From a virus (taxonomy: Duplodnaviria > Caudoviricetes), in the IMG/VR virus record IMGVR_UViG_3300021519_000009, positions 1 to 62,146 of that record: 62,146 nt of DNA. The stretch is one strand, 5' to 3'. This document shows, one piece after another, positions 46,450-55,456 of this stretch; the stretch's first letter is position 1, and the number at the start of each line of letters is the position of its first letter. The notes under the pieces are model-generated. The model did no database searches and had not been told where the DNA came from. It saw only the letters and a list, made by a program, of their open reading frames with translations. Position numbers and translations under genes: made by a program.

Positions 46450-46860
46450 TTATGCCTGAAAAGTAGATTGTGGGCAATGACGCTCCATAAGAAGCCGGTA
46501 TTGCTTCACGCCATGCAAGATTGTTGAATGATTGTATGGGTCTATGGGCCGGCAGAACTTGGCGATCTGATTATATGACCAGCCCAATTTCAACATTTCG
46601 TGCCAGACATGCCACTTGGGCAAGATGTAGCGCGCCCTCTTGCTGTGAGAGAATGTGTCTTCCCACGTCACATCATATTGCGCCAGGATAGCCTTGAGTT
46701 TCTCGATCATCATGTGCCGCGGCGTCATCAATACAGGCGCTTCACGGCCTGGCACAGGCCGGTGGATGATCTGCGGGGTCGCCTTTGGCGGCGCGGGGGC
46801 TGCATTGACGATGCGCTGCCGGACGTCCTTGTAGTGAGCGTGAAGATCATCAAGGTACAT
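46450..46860 (-). CDS. DnaA C-terminal-domain-like DNA-binding protein
   Basis: HYKDVRQRI; WSYNQIAKF...NHSTILHGV. Confidence 0.75.
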   Translation of the reverse strand: MYLDDLHAHYKDVRQRIVNAAPAPPKATPQIIHRPVPGREAPVLMTPRHMMIEKLKAILAQYDVTWEDTFSHSKRARYILPKWHVWHEMLKLGWSYNQIAKFCRPIDPYNHSTILHGVKQYRLLMERHCPQSTFQA

Positions 46861-46879
46861 GGTCGTTCCCCTTTCGATG

Positions 46880-47326
46880 TTATTTCTTGGCTATTTTGTC
46901 TATTTTGTCGGCCAACTTTCTAAACGCGTTTGCCATATCCGATCGGTATATATTGCCTTCTTCGTCGTCCATATACGAGAGGTCTTCCATGCATTCATCT
47001 ATCTTGGCGGTAAATCTAACATCATTTTCAGAAAGCGGCAGATCTACAACTGCAATCAATCGACCGTTACCGTCGAGTTTGATATAAAAATCCACACCGT
47101 TTGGGCACTCCTTAAGCGTTACGTCAACGCTATGCGAAACATCAATCATTATTTTTTCTTGTAACGTATGAAACATTAGACCACTCAAATCAATTTGGAA
47201 TTGCGCTATTGCCTTGTCTATTCTGTCTGAGATTTTATTAAAATATACATCAGATTTGCAGTCTGACCCCAATTCAAAACTCGACAAATCCACGTCGCCG
47301 CTTGGTTTGTGATGCTTCATTTTCAT
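46880..47326 (-). CDS. Acidic hypothetical protein
   Basis: 148 aa, AT-rich; GGAGGG RBS. Confidence 0.6.
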   Translation of the reverse strand: MKMKHHKPSGDVDLSSFELGSDCKSDVYFNKISDRIDKAIAQFQIDLSGLMFHTLQEKIMIDVSHSVDVTLKECPNGVDFYIKLDGNGRLIAVVDLPLSENDVRFTAKIDECMEDLSYMDDEEGNIYRSDMANAFRKLADKIDKIAKK

Positions 47327-47430
47327 TTTACATCCCTCCTATGGCTGCTGCGAGTCCCCCATGCCAGTAGACGAATGTCAGGTACTGGCGCTGCCCCGCG
47401 CGCTTCATGCGTTGCGCGCGGGTTTCTTGT

Positions 47431-48378
47431 TTATGTCGAAAGATCATTTTTCCTCTCGCTGTCAATTTCTTTTGATAGCGACTCGACTATTTCAATGCGA
47501 CGGCCTAGCCATCTCATACAATTTACGGCCATTGAGTTACCAAGCGCCACATATCTGTCGGATTCCACATGCCCTGGAATGGCTGTGTATGCATCTGGAA
47601 ATCCTTGCAGCCGTTCGCATTCCATCGGCGTCAGGCGTCTAGCTCCAAAGTCGTCTATAATGACCGGGCGCCTTTGCGCCCGGAGAGTATATGCCACGTT
47701 GGCCGAAAGCCCATCCGGCTCATTAACGTGAGGCTCTAGGGAATAGACTGGTTTCCCAACACTGCCTTCACTTCTGGCGGCAGCTCCTTGTTCTGTTGTT
47801 CGGCTCGGAGCAGGATTTGGCAGCATGCTTTCTTGCTCAAAAAGTACCGATGCAGCGCGTCGCCAGTCTCCAAGATGTCCGACAACGAACACACGCCGGC
47901 GTCGCTGTGGGACAGCTCGCTCAAACCCGTCCACTCGAACGTATTGAGCATCAAGCACTCGGTAGGCGAACCCATACCCGAGTTGGCCCAGACCCCCGAG
48001 GAAGGCTCCAAAATCCCGTCCTTGCCCGGACGACAATACCCCCGGAACATTCTCCCAAATGAGCCATTCGGGGCGATAGCGGTCAGCGATTGCAAGATAA
48101 GTGAGGCAGAGGTTCCCCCGCGGATCATCCAATCCAGCCCGGAGCCCCGTGACGCTGAATGATTGACAGGGCGTTCCTCCGACGAGAAGATTGACAGTTG
48201 CATCGGGCCATTCCTTGAATTTAGTCATGTCGCCCCAGTTTGGAACGTCTGGATAATGATGCGCCAACACGCGAGATGGGAAATCCCCAATCTCGGAAAA
48301 TGCTGCGGGGCTCCAATTCAATGGAGCCCACGCAACACTGGCCGCTTCAATCCCTGAGCACACCGACAGGTACTTCAT
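47431..48378 (-). CDS. DNA cytosine-5 methyltransferase 1
   Basis: SVCSGIEA (I), GGTPCQSFS (IV), ENVPG (VI), QRRRRVF (VIII), RRLTPMECERLQGFP (IX), GNSMAV (X). Confidence 0.92.
   Translation of the reverse strand: MKYLSVCSGIEAASVAWAPLNWSPAAFSEIGDFPSRVLAHHYPDVPNWGDMTKFKEWPDATVNLLVGGTPCQSFSVTGLRAGLDDPRGNLCLTYLAIADRYRPEWLIWENVPGVLSSGQGRDFGAFLGGLGQLGYGFAYRVLDAQYVRVDGFERAVPQRRRRVFVVGHLGDWRRAASVLFEQESMLPNPAPSRTTEQGAAARSEGSVGKPVYSLEPHVNEPDGLSANVAYTLRAQRRPVIIDDFGARRLTPMECERLQGFPDAYTAIPGHVESDRYVALGNSMAVNCMRWLGRRIEIVESLSKEIDSERKNDLST
47736..48203 (-). CDS. Nested alternative-frame ORF inside methyltransferase 1
   Basis: CSLSDILE..RYFLSKKACCQILLRAE..KELP; AAGGA upstream. Confidence 0.6.
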   Translation of the reverse strand: MQLSIFSSEERPVNHSASRGSGLDWMIRGGTSASLILQSLTAIAPNGSFGRMFRGYCRPGKDGILEPSSGVWANSGMGSPTECLMLNTFEWTGLSELSHSDAGVCSLSDILETGDALHRYFLSKKACCQILLRAEQQNKELPPEVKAVLGNQSIP

Positions 48379-48379
48379 T

Positions 48380-49408
48380 TCACAATACGATCGGATATTC
48401 GCCATGCAATTTTTCAGACTGTCGCACCTTCTTGCCCTGGCGCCACAGGTTCCAGTATCGCAAGATCAGTTCCAATTTTTGTTCTCCATAGATCGGGATC
48501 ATAGATGCCTGACTGTAGAGAACCGTCTCGATCAAGGGGCTGTCTTCTTTCCCCAATTCTCGCTTCAATTTTGTTGAAGACCTGACTGTCATGTTTTCAC
48601 TGCGCATTTTGACCTTGATCATGTGATCTCGGAATTGCAGGATTGCATTGCCAGACGCCAAGTTGGCGCCGGTGTCTAGCGCATTAAAAAATTCACTGCA
48701 CGCCTTCTTGTCTTTCTTCGACAAGACCATCCACGCAGTGACTGCCGACGACAATAAATAGCGTCTCACCCACCTGTATTTGATGGCGTTGACGCCTTCT
48801 CCAAGAACGTCTTCATATAATTCGCATTTATCCATCATGTATTGGTTACTGACAACCCCGGATCCTTTACCTCTGGCATATCGACGATCAGGCGAATCGA
48901 TATAATTGATGTAAAGCGCCAAGGCGGCCGCGCATCGTCTCGTCTCGCCATGAGGCCAGCCAGTCGTGGTCATGATATCCGCCAATGTTCGGCTGTCCCC
49001 CTGATCAAATGATCGCATGACTGATCTGGGGTATCCAAACGCGGTCAACGACCAAATTGCCTTCTTCGAGTTCACGGCGGCAGCTAAACGGTTCTGGCCA
49101 TCCATGAGCGTGTCATCATCCGCCAGAACGATTGTCTCGCCATTTTCGATGAACAAATCGTTAATGATATCCTTGGCGTATTTCGCAACTTTCTTTTCAT
49201 GCAGGGGACGATTGTTTGGGTTCTTTTCCGTGTCCAGGTAATGCTTCGCCATTTCGGGCGTCCATTTGATTGGCACCGCAAATCGGCCAATCTTTTTGGT
49301 CAAGTCCTGGTAGTAGTGGATTTCATCCAAAGACCTGTTAAGCACCGGGCGATCAAATTTTTTGATCTCAAGCGCCTTTTGAAGCTTGTCTGAAAACATC
49401 GTAGTCAT
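48380..49408 (-). CDS. ParB N-terminal-like domain protein
   Basis: TPEMA..L..NNRP...YAKDI..NGETI..LMDGQNRL; AGGAG RBS. Confidence 0.65.
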   Translation of the reverse strand: MTTMFSDKLQKALEIKKFDRPVLNRSLDEIHYYQDLTKKIGRFAVPIKWTPEMAKHYLDTEKNPNNRPLHEKKVAKYAKDIINDLFIENGETIVLADDDTLMDGQNRLAAAVNSKKAIWSLTAFGYPRSVMRSFDQGDSRTLADIMTTTGWPHGETRRCAAALALYINYIDSPDRRYARGKGSGVVSNQYMMDKCELYEDVLGEGVNAIKYRWVRRYLLSSAVTAWMVLSKKDKKACSEFFNALDTGANLASGNAILQFRDHMIKVKMRSENMTVRSSTKLKRELGKEDSPLIETVLYSQASMIPIYGEQKLELILRYWNLWRQGKKVRQSEKLHGEYPIVL

Positions 49409-49430
49409 TTCCCATCTCCTGTTGTTAAGA

Positions 49431-49781
49431 CTATTCCGACCTTACCAGCATAGCAGGAGCCAGCTTGGCGGCCATCTCCTTCACGCCCTCGTAGATCTGA
49501 TCGACAGACTGCGGTGGCGTGTCCTTGGGCGCGAACTCGGCGCGGAAGGCGCGATAGTTGATTCCGTCGATGTGGCTGTCGACGTGCGTTGTGTTCACCG
49601 CCAGGCGCGCATCCTTCACCGACTCCATGATCGTCGCGATAATATAAGGCGTGATCTGCATATTGAGCTTTAGCGTTGAGATAGCTGCAGCTCGCGTAAA
49701 AGATTCTTCCACTCCACCATAGGCGGCTCCGCGCTCGACAAGCATGCCCTTGGCTTTTTCGATGTAATCACGATGATCCAT
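49431..49781 (-). CDS. DUF6378-like protein
   Basis: ERGAAYG...VKDAR...HVDSHIDGINY. Confidence 0.7.
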   Translation of the reverse strand: MDHRDYIEKAKGMLVERGAAYGGVEESFTRAAAISTLKLNMQITPYIIATIMESVKDARLAVNTTHVDSHIDGINYRAFRAEFAPKDTPPQSVDQIYEGVKEMAAKLAPAMLVRSE

Positions 49782-49783
49782 GT

Positions 49784-50011
49784 TCAGTTCTCCAATTGCC
49801 ACACAATGTGGCTTTTCTTCTCGTAATGCTTCTCGAGCAGCAGCCAATGCGTTGCCGCCCAGAGTGAGTTCGCCGTATGCCAGACGCCATTGACGCAGAA
49901 GTTTACGGGGTCGATCTTGCCTTCTTCAGCAAGTGAATTGATCGTCGGCCCATGGTTCGCCATGGTGCAGAGGATTAGGTCTGGTTGTTCCGCGATTTCG
50001 ATCTCGTCCAT
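49784..50011 (-). CDS. Hypothetical protein
   Basis: GGAGG RBS; tightly packed operon. Confidence 0.55.
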   Translation of the reverse strand: MDEIEIAEQPDLILCTMANHGPTINSLAEEGKIDPVNFCVNGVWHTANSLWAATHWLLLEKHYEKKSHIVWQLEN

Positions 50012-50012
50012 T

Positions 50013-50351
50013 TCACACCTCCAATTGCTTCACCAGGTACCGTTCGGCTTTTGCACTCCACCTGGCGATCGACACCGGGCAGTCGAGTTCCATCTGCGAT
50101 ATTTCCCACAGCGCCATCGCGAATATCAAGACGTCGCCGTAAAACGAAAGAACATCTGTGCGCGGATCGAAATCGCGTAATTTGTCCATCACTGATGTCT
50201 CGAACTTATCGATCGCATCTTGGTCGTCAATCATGTCGTCGAAGATGGGGCTGTCGCACAGGTAGACGATCTGGTCCGCCAGCGTCAGCAAGTGCTGCGT
50301 GCCGAAGCGAAAATTTGGATTGCTTACCAGTACACGTTTGAATTTGTTCAT
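50013..50351 (-). CDS. Hypothetical protein
   Basis: 112 aa; GAGGG RBS. Confidence 0.65.
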   Translation of the reverse strand: MNKFKRVLVSNPNFRFGTQHLLTLADQIVYLCDSPIFDDMIDDQDAIDKFETSVMDKLRDFDPRTDVLSFYGDVLIFAMALWEISQMELDCPVSIARWSAKAERYLVKQLEV

Positions 50352-50689
50352 AGTCCCTCGCCTTCCTCGAAAACGAGTTCGACCTTGATGCAGGCGATGC
50401 GGGGCAAGTGATAACTATCAGAGTGTTCCCGACTTGCGAATGCATCAACCATATCTTTACCATAAACATTCAGCCATACCGTTTGTTTGTGGCGCGGCTT
50501 GATTTCGATGAGATCAAGTTCCCTGCGGCTGGAATAATCTGTCCCATCCAAATTCCAAGTATGTTGAAACCAGACACAATCAGGGGATTTATACGCTCCA
50601 TGCGCAGGCTGCAAAAGTCCTGTGTCTGTTGAGTAAATGCAAACCTCACGTCCGTCCCGCGTCCTGTACTTTTTATCCATGCTGATCAT
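50348..50689 (-). CDS. Hypothetical protein
   Basis: KYRTRDGREV..DLIE..WLNVY; AGGAG RBS. Confidence 0.65.
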   Translation of the reverse strand: MISMDKKYRTRDGREVCIYSTDTGLLQPAHGAYKSPDCVWFQHTWNLDGTDYSSRRELDLIEIKPRHKQTVWLNVYGKDMVDAFASREHSDSYHLPRIACIKVELVFEEGEGL

Positions 50690-50798
50690 CTGAATCTCCT
50701 GTAAATCTTCCACCCGCCCCACACCAGCAGCAACACAACCGGCCCCAGCAGGATCGGGTTCAGCACCAGCGTGAATATGTAAACCCAAAATGCGGTTT

Positions 50799-51003
50799 TC
50801 ATTTCGCAAGACCGCAGTAGCCATAGGTCTTGCTCATCTCGGCAAAACGAACATCGAGTTTCCATCTCCACATCATGCAAGCAGATGCGATGCAGCGGAA
50901 ATCCCACGTCCCGTTTGTGCATTGGGCTTCCTGCATCACCGGAGTGATTGTCCGCGCCATCGGACACCACTTGGTTTTGGCTTCGTCTTCGGTCATTTCC
51001 ATC
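50799..51003 (-). CDS. Cys-rich small protein (coordinates approximate)
   Basis: MTEDEAKTKWCP..CIASACMMWRW..GYCGLA. Confidence 0.55.
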
Positions 51004-51354
51004 TCCACTTGATGATGTAACACGCGCGCTTGTTGTTAGACCATTTGCTGTTTTTGATATTTGGGTGTTCTCGATAATGGAAAGTGCCGACGTATTGATG
51101 GCGCATCCCAGAATAGTTTACATATTCCAAAACGACTGCATACGCATCTCCCACGAACGGCTTTGCCCACCACGGATTGCCAAAGTCTGTCGAAAGACCA
51201 CCCATATCAATCCTCCGGCCAGTGGATTGAGCCGAAGGCGATAGCGACAAGGGCAGCCGATCCCGATAAAATCGGATCATGAGTCAGGCCCTGTACGATG
51301 ATGGCCATAATTGTGTGGCCAATAGCCAGACTAGCCAATATTCGGTTTATCATC

Positions 51355-51639
51355 TCACCCTCCACATCTTGGCTTGACGGTGATCGTTGTGCGCAGCGAT
51401 GTCCGGCTGCAAAAGCCGATATTCTCCTGCGACAGCATTTCGCGGACTTTTTTGGTATCAAGCGTCGTGGACTCGGACAGCGACACCTTGATCACGGCGA
51501 GGTCGCCCTTAATGATGTCGAGCCCGGTCGCAAGGATCTCCTCCCGCGCTTTCTTCAGCAGCGCGTCAATCTCGTCGGCGCGGGCCTTCAGGGTGGCGTA
51601 GCGGTCGGCGAGGTGCATGTTGTCGAGGGAGTCGGTCAT
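51355..51639 (-). CDS. Hypothetical early protein
   Basis: AACAGGAG RBS directly after a consensus promoter. Confidence 0.7.
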   Translation of the reverse strand: MTDSLDNMHLADRYATLKARADEIDALLKKAREEILATGLDIIKGDLAVIKVSLSESTTLDTKKVREMLSQENIGFCSRTSLRTTITVKPRCGG

Positions 51640-51670
51640 TTGCTGTCTCCTGTTTGCGGGTAGTCATGGG

Positions 51671-51699
51671 ATTATAGGCTATGTTGACGGGGTGTCAAG
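51671..51699 (-). promoter_or_regulatory. Consensus sigma70 promoter with palindromic operator
   Basis: TTGACA-N16-TATAAT; TTGAC-GGGGT-GTCAA at 51684-51698. Confidence 0.7.
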
Positions 51700-53010
51700 C
51701 GTTTCCATCAAGGCTTTGAGAACCTCCGCCGCGAGGACTGGCACGATGGCGTTCCCGGCTATACGCCAAAGATCGACACGGCCTGGGAGTGCGTCGACAA
51801 GCAGATCGGGGCCTAGGACTTTTGTGATGGCTTCTTTTTCTTCCGGCGTAATAGCGCCAAGGTCGTCACCGCCACCCAGCGATCCGGGAAGCCCATCAAC
51901 CAGCAGGCGAAGCCCGGATTTGGTGCGCCGCGCTTTGCCGTCGTGGCAGGCGATCCATTCGGCGTCGGACCAGAAAGAGCCGCTGTCGCCGCCATACGCT
52001 GCACCAATGGAATCCCCGTATCGTGCGGCCGAATAGTCCCGTTGCCCCGCGACGAATCCTGAACCGTCGGCGTCGGCCACGTCGCCGCCATCTGGCGCGG
52101 CAACTGATCCAGGCGCGAACGCCCGTCCTCCCGTTCCGTCGACATGCCGGGGCTGTCCTTCCAGTCGCGCGTCGAGGGCGTCACCCACGTCGCCCTGTGC
52201 ATCTGCGACGGCAGCGGCGTTCCGCCCGCTCCGAAGATCTGGTTCGGTCCGCCCTTCGCTCCGTCCGAGGCTCGGGGTGTTGACCAGTTCGCCAGATGCA
52301 GCATCGCGTTTTCCAAATTCAACTGCGCCTTCGATCCGTCCGTTCGCTTGCGCTGCGTCACCGCTTCCTCGAACGTCATCGTGCGCCCGCCTGTCGGGCA
52401 GTTCGGCGTCGGCCATCGCGCTATTGCCATCGCCGTCTGCAGTGAAATCCCTGTCTTGCTGCGGTCGAATTTTGCAAAATCCGGTCCCGCGTTCGATGAC
52501 TTCGGCGTCGGCCACGGCGCACCAGTAGAGCCGATTGCGGATGTGGGGGGCGTCCACGGCGCAAGCCGGAATATCGTATGCCCAGCAGGTGTAGCCTTCC
52601 GACGCCAGATCAGCGCGGACTCCGTCGAGCCAACCATACCCAGCCGCTCCGCTAACCTGTTCCCCAACGAGGACTCGAGGTCGAACGGCCCGGACCAATC
52701 GAAATAGGTCGGGCCACAGGTGCCGTTCATCAGCAGTTCCGGCCCCTTTGCCTGCTTGCGAGAACGGCTGGCACGGACAGGACGCGGACCAAAGAGGTCT
52801 GTCGTCAGGCCACCCGGCGAGGCGGGCTGCGACGGACCAGAGGCCGCCGCCTGCGAAGAAGTGGGCTTGCGTGTAGTGTTTGATGTCATCTGGATTAATA
52901 TCCTTGATCGAACGGCTTTCTACAATGCCTGGCGCTATGACGTTATGTGCGATCTGTTCTTTCAGGACAGCCACACAAGCCCCGTCAATCTCGTTGTAGA
53001 AGGCTGTCAC
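51679..53010 (-). CDS. DNA cytosine-5 methyltransferase 2, alpha polypeptide
   Basis: GTG start (GTGA overlap); FYNEID, HFFAGGG, SCPCQPFS, DERHLWP, GEQV, PHIRNRLY, GNAIVP; no motif IX in frame. Confidence 0.88.
   Translation of the reverse strand: MTAFYNEIDGACVAVLKEQIAHNVIAPGIVESRSIKDINPDDIKHYTQAHFFAGGGLWSVAARLAGWPDDRPLWSASCPCQPFSQAGKGAGTADERHLWPDLFRLVRAVRPRVLVGEQVSGAAGYGWLDGVRADLASEGYTCWAYDIPACAVDAPHIRNRLYWCAVADAEVIERGTGFCKIRPQQDRDFTADGDGNSAMADAELPDRRAHDDVRGSGDAAQANGRIEGAVEFGKRDAASGELVNTPSLGRSEGRTEPDLRSGRNAAAVADAQGDVGDALDARLEGQPRHVDGTGGRAFAPGSVAAPDGGDVADADGSGFVAGQRDYSAARYGDSIGAAYGGDSGSFWSDAEWIACHDGKARRTKSGLRLLVDGLPGSLGGGDDLGAITPEEKEAITKVLGPDLLVDALPGRVDLWRIAGNAIVPVLAAEVLKALMETLDTPST
51813..52889 (-). 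CDS. Nested alternative-frame beta polypeptide of methyltransferase 2 with five WxTP repeats
   Basis: 358-aa open frame; WPTP, WPTP, WSTP, WVTP, WPTP; NPGFACWLMGFP (motif IX-like). Confidence 0.75.
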   Translation of the reverse strand: MTSNTTRKPTSSQAAASGPSQPASPGGLTTDLFGPRPVRASRSRKQAKGPELLMNGTCGPTYFDWSGPFDLESSLGNRLAERLGMVGSTESALIWRRKATPAGHTIFRLAPWTPPTSAIGSTGAPWPTPKSSNAGPDFAKFDRSKTGISLQTAMAIARWPTPNCPTGGRTMTFEEAVTQRKRTDGSKAQLNLENAMLHLANWSTPRASDGAKGGPNQIFGAGGTPLPSQMHRATWVTPSTRDWKDSPGMSTEREDGRSRLDQLPRQMAATWPTPTVQDSSRGNGTIRPHDTGIPLVQRMAATAALSGPTPNGSPATTAKRGAPNPGFACWLMGFPDRWVAVTTLALLRRKKKKPSQKS

Positions 53011-53213
53011 TTCACCCGCCCCACAATCCAGTCCTTCGCAGCGCCCAGGCTGTCGGTGTAGGTGATGTCCCCGCCGGCCGTCAGGCAATGATATGCCTGC
53101 CCGTGGCCGACCTTGCGTTGGACCTTCTGGATCCACCCGACGATCTTGCCGAAATATTCGACGTGCCAGATGTTGTGTTCGGCTTCAGTGAGGACGATGG
53201 GGTTCTGAGTCAT
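53007..53213 (-). CDS. Hypothetical protein
   Basis: Coupled overlaps with neighbours. Confidence 0.55.
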   Translation of the reverse strand: MTQNPIVLTEAEHNIWHVEYFGKIVGWIQKVQRKVGHGQAYHCLTAGGDITYTDSLGAAKDWIVGRVK

Positions 53214-53443
53214 TCCCTGCTCCTCAAGTCCGTCCATTTCGATCCAAAGAGGACGCGCGTCCAGAAACGCTGCCATGCTGTTGGACTCGGTACATTATCG
53301 GTTATCCGGATTACGAGTTGGCCGCCGCCAAGAAAGTCCCACTGCCATGTTTCTTTTGGCATTTTAATACTGGATGACGGGGCTGGAAACTCCAGATCGT
53401 AGCTGTTCCATCTTGCTGGCCTGTCGAGGTCCGGTTCACTCAT
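53210..53443 (-). CDS. Hypothetical protein
   Basis: PTAWQRFW..LFGSKW. Confidence 0.55.
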   Translation of the reverse strand: MSEPDLDRPARWNSYDLEFPAPSSSIKMPKETWQWDFLGGGQLVIRITDNVPSPTAWQRFWTRVLFGSKWTDLRSRE

Positions 53444-53658
53444 TTCTCATCCTCCCTTTTCTTCCGCGCTTCCACCATCCACATCGGCTCCCAGTCAATG
53501 ATCATCTGGCGCAAGTCTTCGAGCGGAATGTGGCAGACGCTTTCTTGCGTCATCTTGATAAATCCGACACCATATTTCAGCACATCGTTGAACATAAGCG
53601 AGGCCTCCTTTTCCAGGATTTCGGCCATGGTGCGCCTGATTTCTTTTTCGTCGGTCAT
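53440..53658 (-). CDS. Hypothetical protein
   Basis: Coupled overlaps. Confidence 0.55.
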   Translation of the reverse strand: MTDEKEIRRTMAEILEKEASLMFNDVLKYGVGFIKMTQESVCHIPLEDLRQMIIDWEPMWMVEARKKREDEK

Positions 53659-53921
53659 CGTACAGCCTTCCCGTATAATACCTCCAGAACCTCTCCCAGC
53701 AGCTTCATTTCATCGCTGTTACACTCTGCGGTGCTGGCGAGGAAATCCTCGACGTCTTTGAGGGTGGATTCCAGCGTCTCAATACGGGCGGCAGCGTCCC
53801 GCATATCTTTTGGATAAATGTGAAATTTCCCCGCCGCGCACCAGCGCAATCTTTTGGCAGGAGGCAACTTGTTCCATTGCCTCACTGTATAATTCCCAAA
53901 TTCGTCTGGTTTGATCTTCAT
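53655..53921 (-). CDS. Hypothetical protein, paralogous C-terminus
   Basis: DAAARIETLESTLKDVEDFL..EMKLL..LYG. Confidence 0.6.
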   Translation of the reverse strand: MKIKPDEFGNYTVRQWNKLPPAKRLRWCAAGKFHIYPKDMRDAAARIETLESTLKDVEDFLASTAECNSDEMKLLGEVLEVLYGKAVR

Positions 53922-54163
53922 GGCGCATCCTCCCCATACAAGATGGCCCGCACCAGCACTAGAAGTTTCATTTCTTGGTTCGGCACGTAGCCATCCTGAT
54001 CCATGTCGCAGTCTGCGACGCCGGAGAGGTAGTCCTCGACGTCTTTGAGGGCGGACTCCAGCGCCTCGATGCGGTTGGCGGCATCTGCGCAAACATCTGC
54101 AGCACAAGCGATATCACCAGAGCAAGGGCCGCCGCTCCGTAGTTCGTCCAGAATTTCGCTCAT
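53918..54163 (-). CDS. Hypothetical protein, paralogous C-terminus
   Basis: DAANRIEALESALKDVEDYL..EMKLL..LYG. Confidence 0.6.
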   Translation of the reverse strand: MSEILDELRSGGPCSGDIACAADVCADAANRIEALESALKDVEDYLSGVADCDMDQDGYVPNQEMKLLVLVRAILYGEDAP

Positions 54164-54489
54164 GGCTTTTCTCCATTGAGGGCGGCGCAATCTGGCAGAG
54201 CGGCCCAATGAGTTGGAATACGTTTTCCCCGCCCTGGCGACACCAGCCACGCAGGAACTCCCTTGAACTCACCCCAAACAATCATATCAATATTTCCCGT
54301 TTTGTTCAGACCAAGAATGCGCCTGTCCTTTGGTGCGCATTCAATCGGCTTCCATTCACAGTGATATTGCGCAGACATCTCCAGCGATTCATTTAATCTG
54401 CGTATCCACTCTTCTTGATTTGAGATACGCTGCCGCAAGGCTTGATTAACCCTATGAAGCCGCGCATTCTCCATCACAAGGTCGTTCAT
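54160..54489 (-). CDS. DUF551-like protein
   Basis: WKPIECAPKD..PTHWAALP. Confidence 0.6.
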   Translation of the reverse strand: MNDLVMENARLHRVNQALRQRISNQEEWIRRLNESLEMSAQYHCEWKPIECAPKDRRILGLNKTGNIDMIVWGEFKGVPAWLVSPGRGKRIPTHWAALPDCAALNGEKP

Positions 54490-54854
54490 TTCTTGCCTCC
54501 GATGATCGCGGCGCGTACATTGTCATATTGATCTTTTGCTGCCTCTTTACACATAAGGCATTTATTCCACGCGCAATCTTGTACGGCGAAAAGCGCCGCA
54601 CTGGCGGACTCCAGCGCCGCCTCTAGCGACTCGATGCGGGTGTCGTACAAATCAAGATTCTCCCTTAATTGTCCGACTATTCTTTCTTTTGGCTCAAGCG
54701 CCTCACGCAGCCGCCTACATTCTTCCTCGCATCTTCCAAGAAGAATATTCAGAGCTTCATTCACGTCGCACAGTTCCTCATAGCTCGGGAAGCCAGCGCC
54801 TGGGCTTTCGGCGGCTTGGGGATCGTGGTGGACGTAGCGGGTGAAAGTTTTCAC
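54486..54854 (-). CDS. Coiled-coil hypothetical protein (start uncertain)
   Basis: RIESLEAALES; CLMC. Confidence 0.5.
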   Translation of the reverse strand: MKTFTRYVHHDPQAAESPGAGFPSYEELCDVNEALNILLGRCEEECRRLREALEPKERIVGQLRENLDLYDTRIESLEAALESASAALFAVQDCAWNKCLMCKEAAKDQYDNVRAAIIGGKK

Positions 54855-55020
54855 ATCATCCTCCATATAACCAGCGCCGCCACGCAGCACAGAACAAACC
54901 AATAATAATCGCGGATGAACTCAAACACGACCAGCACGAAACCGATAAAGATCGCCGCGAAGAACGGATACGTCACGACAGCTGCCAGCAGGATGATGGC
55001 GACGGTAACGGCTGCGTCCA

Positions 55021-55293
55021 TCACAGATGCCCCCACCTATCCCGGCGTTTCCAGCCCTGCTCCTTGGCAGCCGCGACGAACGTGTCGGGGTAGTTCTGTT
55101 GCTCGTCCAGCGCAAGCCGCATAGCCTCCGTGGGCCTGATGGGCGAGCTGTCAGCGTCGGTAATCTCGACGTCCTCGACTTCAGGCCCGTTGTCGCCCAT
55201 GCCGAACCAGACCGTCAGCTTGGGCTCGGCCTCGAGGTCTTCGACGCCGTCGTTGTACTCGTAGATGGGGAAGATTGTGATGATGTAAGACAT
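55021..55293 (-). CDS. Acidic hypothetical protein
   Basis: ACAGGA RBS; D/E-rich. Confidence 0.6.
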   Translation of the reverse strand: MSYIITIFPIYEYNDGVEDLEAEPKLTVWFGMGDNGPEVEDVEITDADSSPIRPTEAMRLALDEQQNYPDTFVAAAKEQGWKRRDRWGHL

Positions 55294-55306
55294 TTGCGAT
55301 TTCCTG

Positions 55307-55456
55307 TCAGAGTTTGAAGCCGTTGGCGTAAAGGAACTGGATGTCACCCGGATCAATAAAACACAAAGCCATGGGATGCTTGTTGATGTAGGCCTGCAAC
55401 CGGACATGATTGGCCGGCGTCGGGTTCTTTCGGAAGGCTTCAAGCAATTTGGCCAT
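55307..55456 (-). CDS. 49-aa protein MAKLLEAFRKNPTPANHVRLQAYINKHPMA...
   Basis: GGAG RBS after a promoter; not in the ORF track. Confidence 0.55.
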   Translation of the reverse strand: MAKLLEAFRKNPTPANHVRLQAYINKHPMALCFIDPGDIQFLYANGFKL

